DNA of 26,101 nucleotides from a bacterium (GCA_027452085.1 DAIDHG010000010.1:1-26101); one strand, 5' to 3'. Numbered from the stretch's first letter, positions 7,653-16,054 are shown. Translations and numbers: made by a program. The notes: generated by a model not told the origin, from the sequence alone.

Positions 7653-10260
7653 ATGCCTGATGGAGCACCGAAACCATACTTCCTTGCGCGCCTTTCTCGA
7701 TCATGAAATGCACCGGAAATTGATCTTTCATGCTTGGCAGATGAGAAACAATGATCACTTTGGCAAAATCATCCTGGATCTTGTGCAACGCATCCATAAT
7801 ATGATTGAGCCCTTCTTCATCCTGCGAGCCAAACCCTTCATCGATAATCAATGTTTGCAAAGAAGTGCCGGCACGGCGAGCTAATAATTTTGATATGGCA
7901 ATGCGCAATGCAAAATCAATTCTGAAAGCCTCACCGCCTGAAAACAGCTCATACGGGCGAATGCCCAAGGCATCAGAAATATTAATGTCTAAGGTTTCCT
8001 TGGTGCCACCTTTTTTCAAATCTCGAACGGATTCGATAAATAATTGTGCTTGATTGTTGGTAAGCTTTGCCAAAAGTCGGTTTGCTTCTTGTTCAATTTC
8101 TGGAATTGCTTCTTCAATTAATAGTGCCTGAATGCCATCCTTGCCTAATGCGCTGGCAATCGTTTGATAGTCACCAATCTGTTGCACTGCTTTTGTGATT
8201 TGATTTTCAACGAGCTTGAGCTCTTGTTCGGTATGCACGAAAATCTGTTGTTGTTGATCGAGCTTTCCTTTTTCATGGGCAAGCATCTCTCGTGTCTGGT
8301 TGATCTGTTGTTGCTGGGAGCTGAGTTGCTGTTCGTGCGTAGTGAGTTGTAACGCAATTTGGTTGAGCTTGGCATCTTCCGGTGCATGCTTGAGCAATTC
8401 GATTATCTCATGACGCACACGCTTAATATCTTTAATGATGGCGTGTATATGTGCTCTGCGCTCTTCCTGCATTGGTAATGCAGCCAATAATTTTTGATGC
8501 TCGTTAATCTGTTGATCAATATGCGTGATCTTGGTGACCAATTCTTGTTGTTGGGCAGGGTTATACGGCAATAACTGCAATGCAGCTTCAATTGTTTTAA
8601 TCTGTGCCGCTATGGCCTGGTAGGCTGGTTGTTGCGGCAACCAAACGTCCCATGTCTGCAAGGGCAATGATTGTTGATGGTGCTGCTCGTTTTTGGCTGG
8701 TAATTTTATCTCAAGCTCCACTATCTGAGCGTGCACAATAGCTTTTTCTTGTTGGAGTGCCTGCATTTTTTTGATTTCGTCATGTTGGGCTATCAACAAC
8801 TCTTTCAAGCGCGCAATGACATGCGTGAGCCTTTTTTTCTTATGATTCAATGCCCGTTCATGATCTGCAAATGAATTTTTTAAAAAGCGTTTACGCGAAG
8901 CAGAAAGATTTTGCTCGCATAATGGGCAGCTGGGATTATCATCATCATGTACTAATTTTTGTTTTTGCTGCAAACCGTTCAAGTCTGCCACCACCATATT
9001 GCCCAGAGCTATATATTTTTGGTAATAGCTTTTGCGCTTTTCAAATTGCGCCTCCAGCTTCTCGCTGGTGACTAACAATTTCTCCAGGTCATCATGTCGC
9101 TTGCGTGCGCTTGCCAATTGGCCAACCATTTTTTGCTCTTCAGCCAATGTGTGATAGGTCTGTTGCAATTGGCCACGAACCTTTTGTTCCTGTTCTCGGT
9201 GCGACAATAACTCGTTTTTGCATATGAGCTGTTTTTGCAACTGTTCCTGCATGGCGGCTAATTGTAGTTGCGCCTGTTGCCGCTGACTCTGCAATTGATC
9301 AAGGCCACCAAGATTTAAGCTGGCGTGATGCACCTCTTTCCATTTTGTTCGCAATTGGGTAAGTCGCGTGAGCGCGGCAGTTTCCTCTTCCTTCAGTTTT
9401 TGTAATTGAAATCTCACCAATTCTGCCGCTTGTTGTTGTTTGAGCAGCTCCTCTTTTTTTGCCGCCCATGCCTGTCGTTGCTCATCCAATAACAGTTGCT
9501 GTTTGCTCAAGGCTTTTTGCTGTTCTGTATTGTTGTGCAGTTGAGCAATATAGGCTTCTTTCTGTGCCATGATGCCATTGAAGCGATCTCGCAAGGCCAT
9601 GAGCTGATCAGATTCGTCATTGGATTTTTTTATCTTATCGAGCGCCAATCTACGCAGTTGCTCATATTTATGGAGGCCAAGGATGGAAGCCAAAATCTCT
9701 TTGCGCTCCTTCGATGATTTTTGAGAAAATTCATTTGATTGGCCTTGCTTGAGAAAAGCTGAATTTACAAATGATTCATAATCAAGGCCGAGGGTGGCTT
9801 CAATCTTCTCCTGCGTGGCACGAATTGTTTTATCGGTCAGCGGAACAAAATGGCCTAAATCTGAGTCAAGGGTTGCTTGCCCATGAGATTCCATGTGCCC
9901 TGAACCAGTCAAAGGGCGGTGAGAATGTTGAAACACCCCGAAATCTAATGAAGCGACAAATTTTCCTGGTTGTTTTGCAAATTCACGTCTCACCCGATAG
10001 CGCTGGCCATTAAACATGAAATCCAAGGTAACGAGCATCTGTGTTTGCCCGAGTCGCAAAAGACCTTCATCTGCTTTCACCGCTTCCCGGATCTTTCGCG
10101 CCTGGCCCCAAATCGCCCAGGTGATAGCATCGAGTAACGCTGATTTGCCATGCCCATTTTTGCCCGACAAACAGATGAGCGGATGGCTCCCGAAATCAAT
10201 GGTCTGCTGCTGCGGACCATAGCTGAGAAAGTTTTTTATATGCAGTGTTAATGGAATCAT
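7651..10260 (-). CDS. sbcC: SbcC/Rad50-family SMC ATPase
   Basis: KNFLSY, Walker A GKNGHGKS, Q-loop FLKQG, long coiled coils, zinc hook CPLC, signature FSGGE, Walker B/D-loop IIDEGFGSQD, H-loop IVSH. Confidence 0.93.
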   Translation of the reverse strand: MIPLTLHIKNFLSYGPQQQTIDFGSHPLICLSGKNGHGKSALLDAITWAIWGQARKIREAVKADEGLLRLGQTQMLVTLDFMFNGQRYRVRREFAKQPGKFVASLDFGVFQHSHRPLTGSGHMESHGQATLDSDLGHFVPLTDKTIRATQEKIEATLGLDYESFVNSAFLKQGQSNEFSQKSSKERKEILASILGLHKYEQLRRLALDKIKKSNDESDQLMALRDRFNGIMAQKEAYIAQLHNNTEQQKALSKQQLLLDEQRQAWAAKKEELLKQQQAAELVRFQLQKLKEEETAALTRLTQLRTKWKEVHHASLNLGGLDQLQSQRQQAQLQLAAMQEQLQKQLICKNELLSHREQEQKVRGQLQQTYHTLAEEQKMVGQLASARKRHDDLEKLLVTSEKLEAQFEKRKSYYQKYIALGNMVVADLNGLQQKQKLVHDDDNPSCPLCEQNLSASRKRFLKNSFADHERALNHKKKRLTHVIARLKELLIAQHDEIKKMQALQQEKAIVHAQIVELEIKLPAKNEQHHQQSLPLQTWDVWLPQQPAYQAIAAQIKTIEAALQLLPYNPAQQQELVTKITHIDQQINEHQKLLAALPMQEERRAHIHAIIKDIKRVRHEIIELLKHAPEDAKLNQIALQLTTHEQQLSSQQQQINQTREMLAHEKGKLDQQQQIFVHTEQELKLVENQITKAVQQIGDYQTIASALGKDGIQALLIEEAIPEIEQEANRLLAKLTNNQAQLFIESVRDLKKGGTKETLDINISDALGIRPYELFSGGEAFRIDFALRIAISKLLARRAGTSLQTLIIDEGFGSQDEEGLNHIMDALHKIQDDFAKVIIVSHLPSMKDQFPVHFMIEKGAQGSMVSVLHQA

Positions 10261-10295
10261 GGTGGGCGCCTAAAAAGTATGAGCAAGCATTAATA

Positions 10296-12023
10296 TTAAA
10301 GAGTGAGATTTTCCATCTTTACCGCCAATTTCTTTCCTTCAAACGCTATGCCATACACGAGAGCCGTCTCTACTCCAAAGGATTGCAACTCTTGTGCATA
10401 TTCTCGTTGTTTGATTTGTTGCAAAGCAGGGGACGCCAATTTTGATAGGTTTTCTTTCTTTTTTGCTTTTTTTAGCTCAATGATAATACCTGCAGATTGT
10501 GGCTCTGTTGGAATGAGTAAAATATCAAAACGACCAAAGCCTGCCTCTCTATTGGATTTTACTATGTACGTTGATTCAAGTGCCGTAAGTGCCCCAAGCA
10601 GGAACATGTGGTATCCGTTCTCTGCATCCCGCGCGTTGGCATCGAATTGGCTTACTATTTTTACAACAAAATCCTGTAGGAGTTCAGCGAAATAATCAAC
10701 GTTGCCTGCCGTGAGGGCTTTGAGCATCTCATTGAATTTTCGTGATGAGCCGAGGGCTACATCTATAATGTTGGTTACAAGACCTTTGAAAATTACTTGT
10801 ATTTCTTTATTGGGTATTTTTAGGTGGCATATGGTATTCCCGTCTTCATCTATCAGCTGATTTTCGAATGTAAGGTATCCGGTATAGAGTAATAGGCTCC
10901 AAATGGAATCAAGATTTTTTTCAATGTTAGGGTAGATAATGCCGGCATCAATTCGTTGAGGTACCGTTTTGCCTTGGAGCAATTCTTGCATAATCGTTTT
11001 TAATTCAGCTTTGCCGGCAAGAACCAGTTTTTGGATGAGTAAGTTGCTACTTGTTTTTCCCCAGTAGGGGAGCAACGTACCTTTTTTTTGAACGCAATTT
11101 ATTACCGACCAAGGGTTATAGAGATTTTTTTTATTGCCGATGCTGTAGCCATCAAACCATTTTTTAATATTGCTTGCATTATTGGTCATATTATAATCAG
11201 CGAGCAAATCATTCACTTCATGTTGGGTGAAGCCAAATTTATCTGCGGCAAGACTGTCGGTTACACTCATGACATCAAGATTGTTCAAATCTGAGAAAAT
11301 TCCTTCTTTTGCGATGCGAGATATTCCGGTAATAACACCGCTTGCGAGGCTTTCACTATCCTTTAAGACAGCACCGAGCAGCGACTGTAAGAATTGAACC
11401 ATCTCATGGTAATAACCGGCCTGGTAGGCATATACAATTGGTGTGTCATATTCATCGAGGAGGAAAATAACCTGCTGGCCAGATTTCCGACGTAAGACAT
11501 TGGTAAGAAATTTTAAACTTTGTTTGTATTCAGCCTCATCAGCTTGATTGTACAGAATATTATCATACCGCATTCGTTCATCTGCTCTCAGCCCATCGTA
11601 AATATATTGGGCATGTCGGCTGAACTCTTCGCGGATTAACAGGCATAGATCTTTATAAGCAGCCCCCCAGTGTGCACTCTTTACCTCCTTAAAGGTCAAA
11701 AAGATAACTGGGTATTTCCCTTGATGTTTTTTGGCCTGTGTATCGCGCCAAATTTTTTTATCTTTAAATAGATATGCATTGCTTGATTGGGTGTTTTCAA
11801 AGAAATACCTCAACATAGTCATATTAAGTGTTTTGCCAAATCGTCTGGGGCGACAAATTAACGCTACGGTTGATTTCTGATGTGGCAACATTTCGCGGAT
11901 GAGAAGAGTTTTATCAACGTAGTAAAAGCCTTGGTCGATAATGTTTTTAAAATCGCTTTGACCAACCGGCATGAGTGGCTTTTTGTGAATGCGGGCAATG
12001 CGTTTTGTTTTTTTCGCGACCAT
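10296..12023 (-). CDS. AAA-ATPase-like protein fused to a PD-(D/E)XK nuclease (PF09820 + PF08011-type architecture)
   Basis: PVGQSDF..II...YYVDKT, RPRRFGKT, LLDEYD, FSDLNN, YNPWSV, LKIPNKEI, SNREAGFGRFDI, IIELK. SD TAAGGA favours the ATG at 12023 over the TTG at 12029. Confidence 0.93.
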   Translation of the reverse strand: MVAKKTKRIARIHKKPLMPVGQSDFKNIIDQGFYYVDKTLLIREMLPHQKSTVALICRPRRFGKTLNMTMLRYFFENTQSSNAYLFKDKKIWRDTQAKKHQGKYPVIFLTFKEVKSAHWGAAYKDLCLLIREEFSRHAQYIYDGLRADERMRYDNILYNQADEAEYKQSLKFLTNVLRRKSGQQVIFLLDEYDTPIVYAYQAGYYHEMVQFLQSLLGAVLKDSESLASGVITGISRIAKEGIFSDLNNLDVMSVTDSLAADKFGFTQHEVNDLLADYNMTNNASNIKKWFDGYSIGNKKNLYNPWSVINCVQKKGTLLPYWGKTSSNLLIQKLVLAGKAELKTIMQELLQGKTVPQRIDAGIIYPNIEKNLDSIWSLLLYTGYLTFENQLIDEDGNTICHLKIPNKEIQVIFKGLVTNIIDVALGSSRKFNEMLKALTAGNVDYFAELLQDFVVKIVSQFDANARDAENGYHMFLLGALTALESTYIVKSNREAGFGRFDILLIPTEPQSAGIIIELKKAKKKENLSKLASPALQQIKQREYAQELQSFGVETALVYGIAFEGKKLAVKMENLTL

Positions 12024-12047
12024 TTCCAATCCTTAGCTACGGCCTGT

Positions 12048-12076
12048 AGTGTATGGAAAATATACCAGTAGCACAA
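12048..12076 (-). promoter_or_regulatory. Putative sigma70 promoter of the AAA-ATPase gene
   Basis: Minus strand TTGTGC-N17-TACACT. Confidence 0.5.
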
Positions 12077-12123
12077 CCGATATGGCCCTATTTCTGCTCA
12101 AGGTAACTTGTATTCATTTGATA

Positions 12124-12204
12124 AAGGTTTGCTTGCTCATGAGATTCGGTTTGCCCGCGTCGCAAAAGACCTTCGACAGCTTTCACTGCTGATGTACCGC
12201 GCCT
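12124..12204 (-). pseudogene. Decayed, internally deleted duplicate of the sbcC 5' region
   Basis: 12149-12190 matches sbcC 10043-10084 at 37/42 nt; 12124-12147 matches sbcC 9868-9891 at 22/24 nt; 12191-12204 matches 10090-10103 at 11/14 nt. Confidence 0.85.
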
Positions 12205-13655
12205 TCTACTGCAGGTTCTTCAAAAAGATATTGAGCAGTCAGATCAGACAAATCCTCAAGCAATCCAGTGCTTTCATTAATTCTTTTGGTTGCCATCTCA
12301 AATCTTATTTTGAGAAGTGAAGGATATTTGTTAATGAGACATTGTTGCCAATGGAAAACAACCGATTCGGGATGAACATCTATAAAGAACAACTTGGCCG
12401 CACGATCTATAGCCTCTTTGTTTATAGCTTCAAAATTAAATGGTGAGTCTTGGGCTGTATAGTGTGAGTAATCGATCTCTTCAGCGTGATGACCAATGTC
12501 GTTCATTGCATCTGTAATTATTTTTAACAAACGGTCTGGTGCAAGCAATAATGCACGATTTAATACAATTATTTCTTCGTCAATAATGCTTTCTATTTCA
12601 TCATCATCGTCTATCAACTGCAAGCGAGCTTCTTTATACGATTTTAAAAGAGTCGTGCAGATTGCTTCATATGTATCGATGGTTGGTTGAGCGGTTACCT
12701 TCAAACAATTGAATAATTCTCGGGCAAATTGAGCATTTGGAATATTTGAACAAACAATCACATTTTTTATCGCATTGCGAAAATGGTAGCATAAGTCTGT
12801 ATCGTAAATGTCTTCACATTCTTTAAATGATACTACTAAATCAGTGCATATCTCTTTATGCCCACCAATGCAAGCCAAAGATAAGGCATCAATATCATGC
12901 GGTATATACTCTGACAAATGCTCATGTGCTTGTAACATTTCTTTGAGCGTTTCAGATCGCATCCATGGATACAGTTCTGTTACATCGCGCAATGCCGTTT
13001 CTGTTTTTAAATAAAATTGCGTGTTGCCCATTGCAGATGCAATCATAAGTGGGGTAAAGCCTTCTTCATTATTTGGTGAAATGTGCTTGAATAAGTTCGT
13101 TACCAGTTTGTTTGCTTCTTTGTTGAAGGATGATTGAGATAGATCGCTTTTGAGACGAAGCTTCTCAAGCTTTTGATGGTATCTGGCATAAAAATATCGC
13201 TTGTCGCGAAACGATAAGTTTATTTGATCTAATTTCTCTTGAAAAACAGTATTTGAGCTTTTATCTTGGTAGTGAATCGGAGCATACTCTTTATCTTTTT
13301 CATATGATTCTCGCAACTTTGTTTCTGCGCCTTTTCGGTACGTTTGCCAGCTGTTAATTAATTCGTCGGCCGCATCAAAATCTGCTGCATCAATTGCATT
13401 AAAAAATGCTACTTCCCACCTCAAGCGGTCGCTGTATGTATTATTTGAATCCCTCCATAATACACCAGAAGAAATTGGTATCGTCGCATTTTTGAGATAA
13501 AAATCAGCCCCTTTTGATTGTCGCACTTGGGCAGTTTGAGCTGGTTGATCCCCACTTCTTTCTAACACGGCATGTGTAGGCATCAGCTCACTGCAGAAAG
13601 TTGTGAATGCTCCTACCATAAGAGATAGTGAAGCGAAAAAACGAACTGACGACAT
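12183..13655 (-). CDS. Ankyrin-repeat-containing putative secreted effector
   Basis: Signal-like N-terminus MSSVRFFASLSLMVGAFTTFC/SE; ankyrin-like NEEGFTPLMIASAMGN and ALSLACIGGHKEICTDLV; SD AAAGGGA. Confidence 0.75.
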   Translation of the reverse strand: MSSVRFFASLSLMVGAFTTFCSELMPTHAVLERSGDQPAQTAQVRQSKGADFYLKNATIPISSGVLWRDSNNTYSDRLRWEVAFFNAIDAADFDAADELINSWQTYRKGAETKLRESYEKDKEYAPIHYQDKSSNTVFQEKLDQINLSFRDKRYFYARYHQKLEKLRLKSDLSQSSFNKEANKLVTNLFKHISPNNEEGFTPLMIASAMGNTQFYLKTETALRDVTELYPWMRSETLKEMLQAHEHLSEYIPHDIDALSLACIGGHKEICTDLVVSFKECEDIYDTDLCYHFRNAIKNVIVCSNIPNAQFARELFNCLKVTAQPTIDTYEAICTTLLKSYKEARLQLIDDDDEIESIIDEEIIVLNRALLLAPDRLLKIITDAMNDIGHHAEEIDYSHYTAQDSPFNFEAINKEAIDRAAKLFFIDVHPESVVFHWQQCLINKYPSLLKIRFEMATKRINESTGLLEDLSDLTAQYLFEEPAVEGAVHQQ

Positions 13656-13675
13656 AGAGTTTTCCCTTTAGTGGT

Positions 13676-13730
13676 TTAACCGACTGGCTTCATCTTCACT
13701 GCTAATTTTTTGCCTTCGAACGCTATGCCA
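13676..13730 (-). pseudogene. 3'-terminal relic of an AAA-ATPase/PD-(D/E)XK paralog
   Basis: Encodes GIAFEGKKLAVKMKPVG-stop. 13691-13730 matches 10314-10353 at 34/40 nt, and all six differences are synonymous. Confidence 0.88.
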
Positions 13731-13870
13731 TTTTGACTATAATTGTAGTCTACGTAAAACTGATAAAATAACTAGGCAAATTGGCATAACTATTTTGTGC
13801 GCGTGGATACAGTTCAATAGCAGATTGCATTGCGGAATACTGCTTTTCTAATCTATCGTTTACTATTCCC

Positions 13871-13899
13871 TTGTTTTTCTTAAATCTTTTTACTACAGT
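13871..13899 (+). promoter_or_regulatory. Putative sigma70 promoter of the leader/beta-helix operon
   Basis: TTGTTT-N17-TACAGT upstream of SD AAGGGAG (13919-13925). Confidence 0.5.
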
Positions 13900-13929
13900 T
13901 AAAGTTGAATGATCTTAAAAGGGAGTGCT

Positions 13930-14073
13930 ATGAATTCTAAAAACTTGCATGTCTCACATAGTGTGATAACACACACACACACACAACTATTCAGTTGTAG
14001 CTCAATATTTAAAAGTGATTTTTGTAGCACAATTTGCACCGCCGCAAAAAGGGTGGTGTTTTCTATTGTCTAA
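13930..14073 (+). CDS. Putative 47-aa leader peptide (not in the ORF track)
   Basis: MNSKNLHVSHSVITHTHTQLFSCSSIFKSDFCSTICTAAKRVVFSIV-stop. It has a good SD and spans the (AC)8 tract and the terminator hairpin. Confidence 0.55.
   Translation: MNSKNLHVSHSVITHTHTQLFSCSSIFKSDFCSTICTAAKRVVFSIV
13969..13985. repeat. (AC)8 dinucleotide microsatellite
   Basis: ACACACACACACACACA; the only such tract I saw in the window. Confidence 0.95.
14036..14064 (+). terminator. Putative attenuator terminator inside the leader ORF
   Basis: GCACCGCC-GCAAAAAG-GGTGGTGT followed by TTTCT, 58 nt before the ATG at 14122. Confidence 0.5.
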
Positions 14074-14121
14074 AAACGGAATTGATCTTATTAACCCATC
14101 TATCCAAAGGAGTATCTGGAT

Positions 14122-16035
14122 ATGAAACAGTTCCAATATCTGCTTGCGCTGAGCGCGGCATGTTTCTCTGCGCCCATGGGCGCCCGCGACTGCGAGCGAG
14201 AATGCTTTAAGTCTGTGCTGTGCGATATACGAAACGAAGTAGAAGAGATAGAAGATGCTTTGGCGGCTGCAAATGCGTGCGGTACTACAATCGCAATTGG
14301 CCAAGCTGATTTACCGTATACGATATATCAATCTGGACAGCGATACTGCCTCAAAGAAGATGTTACCTTTAACTTATCGGGCCCAGCAGTTACGGTAGCC
14401 AGCGGCGTGCATGATGTAACTTTTGATATGAATTTGCATACCATACAGCTGACGCAACCGGTCAGTAACGCAATTTCCGTTAACCCAGATACGCGTAATG
14501 TTACGCTTGCCAATGGAAGCATTCAAGGTAATATTGTGATAGCTCCGCCAATTCACCCTGGCATTCCAGTCTATCCATCAGGCCCATCGGTAATATATGG
14601 GCCAAATCAAAACGGGATTATCGTTGATACAACAGATGAAATAAATATTACAAACATTCAAACAGGTACGGTAAACATCGGCTTAATTGCATTTACAAGT
14701 AATAATGTAAATATCGATCATTATGTATCGCGCCATTGCGTATTTGGTCTGGCGATTAATTCATTGGATAGCAATGCAGCCTTTATTGTGCCGATGCATG
14801 ATTGGCGGGTTGCCAATAGTGAATTCTCTGACCAGGCAGAATTTGGCATTTATCTCAATGCAGCCCGTTTTACGAATGTTGTGTTTAGCAATATCAATAT
14901 CGTAAATAATCAAAGCGATGGTATTTTCTTTGATCAGGGGGGGGAATCATCTAATTACTTGTTTGAAAACGTGCGTTGTTCAAATAACCAAGGCAACGGT
15001 CTGCATACCCAGCTGTATACCGATCATTTGATATTTAATAATTGTCAGTTTAATGGCAACCTTCGCAATGGTCTTGGTATCATCGGAACGCGTAACTGCA
15101 CGATCAATGATTGCCAAGCTATTAATAATGGTCTTTCTGGTATTGCCTTCTTAACCCGCGCAAGTGACAACGTTGAGCTTAATAATTGCAAAGTGGTCAC
15201 CACGGGTTTGACCGGCAATGGTGGTGAAATTCCGTTGCGTTTTGACATGGTGCGTAACTTACTCATTAACAATTGCCAGGTGTATAGCTACAACCTACCG
15301 ACGATACCTAATTGTACCCCAGAAACCTGTGCCTTCACCAACTTCCCTGCCGTACGCATACAACAATGCTTTAATGTAGAGATGAACAACTCATTGGTTA
15401 CTATGGATTTCACCAATCCGGAAAACCCTGCCAACGGCATTGTAATTCGCAGCTCAGAAGGTGTTCAATTGAATAACGTGGGTGTTGATTTTGGTTATGT
15501 TGGAGCGCTTACTACCAACATGACAGACATTCAAGCAAATGGATTCCTCGTGCGCGGTGGCGTATCAAATTGTCGTCTTAAAGATTGCTTTGCTTCCGGT
15601 CGACCAAATAATGGCTTTGCCGTAGTTTGGGATAACGACAATGGTACACCCGTATGGGATAGTTTTAGCGGCGGAATTACTTTTGAAAACTGCAAGGCGG
15701 TAGGCGCTCGCAATGCTGGCTTTTATATAAATTTACCGAGTGAAGATGCCCTCCGCTTAGGCGGTGCAGTGCTGCTTGGTAACGAAGCTACCCATAATGC
15801 TGTCGGCATTCAACTGACCAATGGTACCACCAATTGTGTATTGCGTGATAATACCATGCTCAGCAATACTACCTATGGTTTATTGGATCAAAATGCGGCA
15901 ACGCCAGATAATAGCAATGCAATTTTCCACAACTTTGCGGCCGACAATGCGACGGCGAACTTTAGCGCAAATGTAAAATTTGTGGTTTTGCCTGCGCTTG
16001 GTCTTGGTTCTATTGAAAATATCAGTGGTTATTAA
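14122..16035 (+). CDS. Secreted right-handed parallel beta-helix repeat protein
   Basis: SD AAGGAG; signal peptide; repeated x-I/F-x-N-C/x...N...G-I/F pattern (FENVRCSNNQGNGL, FNNCQFNGNLRNGL, INDCQAINNGLSGI); Asn-rich. Confidence 0.88.
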   Translation: MKQFQYLLALSAACFSAPMGARDCERECFKSVLCDIRNEVEEIEDALAAANACGTTIAIGQADLPYTIYQSGQRYCLKEDVTFNLSGPAVTVASGVHDVTFDMNLHTIQLTQPVSNAISVNPDTRNVTLANGSIQGNIVIAPPIHPGIPVYPSGPSVIYGPNQNGIIVDTTDEINITNIQTGTVNIGLIAFTSNNVNIDHYVSRHCVFGLAINSLDSNAAFIVPMHDWRVANSEFSDQAEFGIYLNAARFTNVVFSNINIVNNQSDGIFFDQGGESSNYLFENVRCSNNQGNGLHTQLYTDHLIFNNCQFNGNLRNGLGIIGTRNCTINDCQAINNGLSGIAFLTRASDNVELNNCKVVTTGLTGNGGEIPLRFDMVRNLLINNCQVYSYNLPTIPNCTPETCAFTNFPAVRIQQCFNVEMNNSLVTMDFTNPENPANGIVIRSSEGVQLNNVGVDFGYVGALTTNMTDIQANGFLVRGGVSNCRLKDCFASGRPNNGFAVVWDNDNGTPVWDSFSGGITFENCKAVGARNAGFYINLPSEDALRLGGAVLLGNEATHNAVGIQLTNGTTNCVLRDNTMLSNTTYGLLDQNAATPDNSNAIFHNFAADNATANFSANVKFVVLPALGLGSIENISGY

Positions 16036-16054
16036 TTTAGAAAAGGAAAATGCA

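Noticed and set aside
7651..12023. SMC plus nuclease as a Wadjet/Lamassu-like defence system
   Set aside because: The SMC protein has the Rad50 zinc hook and looks like ordinary SbcC, and no accessory subunits are present. sbcD is absent from the window but may lie elsewhere.
12099..12110. CAAGGTAA/TTACCTTG as a shared operator (also at 3352)
   Set aside because: The 8-mer also occurs inside coding regions (10024, 14524, 17540), and this copy may derive from the sbcC relic.
13691..13730. DGR template/variable repeat pair with 10314-10353
   Set aside because: The differences are not confined to adenines, all are synonymous, and there is no reverse transcriptase in the window.
13969..13985. 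Classical His/Thr amino-acid attenuator
   Set aside because: The downstream genes are not biosynthetic or transport genes, and the THTHT run is simply the translation of the dinucleotide tract. It is not fully excluded.
15980..16054. Longer start for the second secreted protein
   Set aside because: It overlaps the upstream gene; the SD and signal peptide support 16055.
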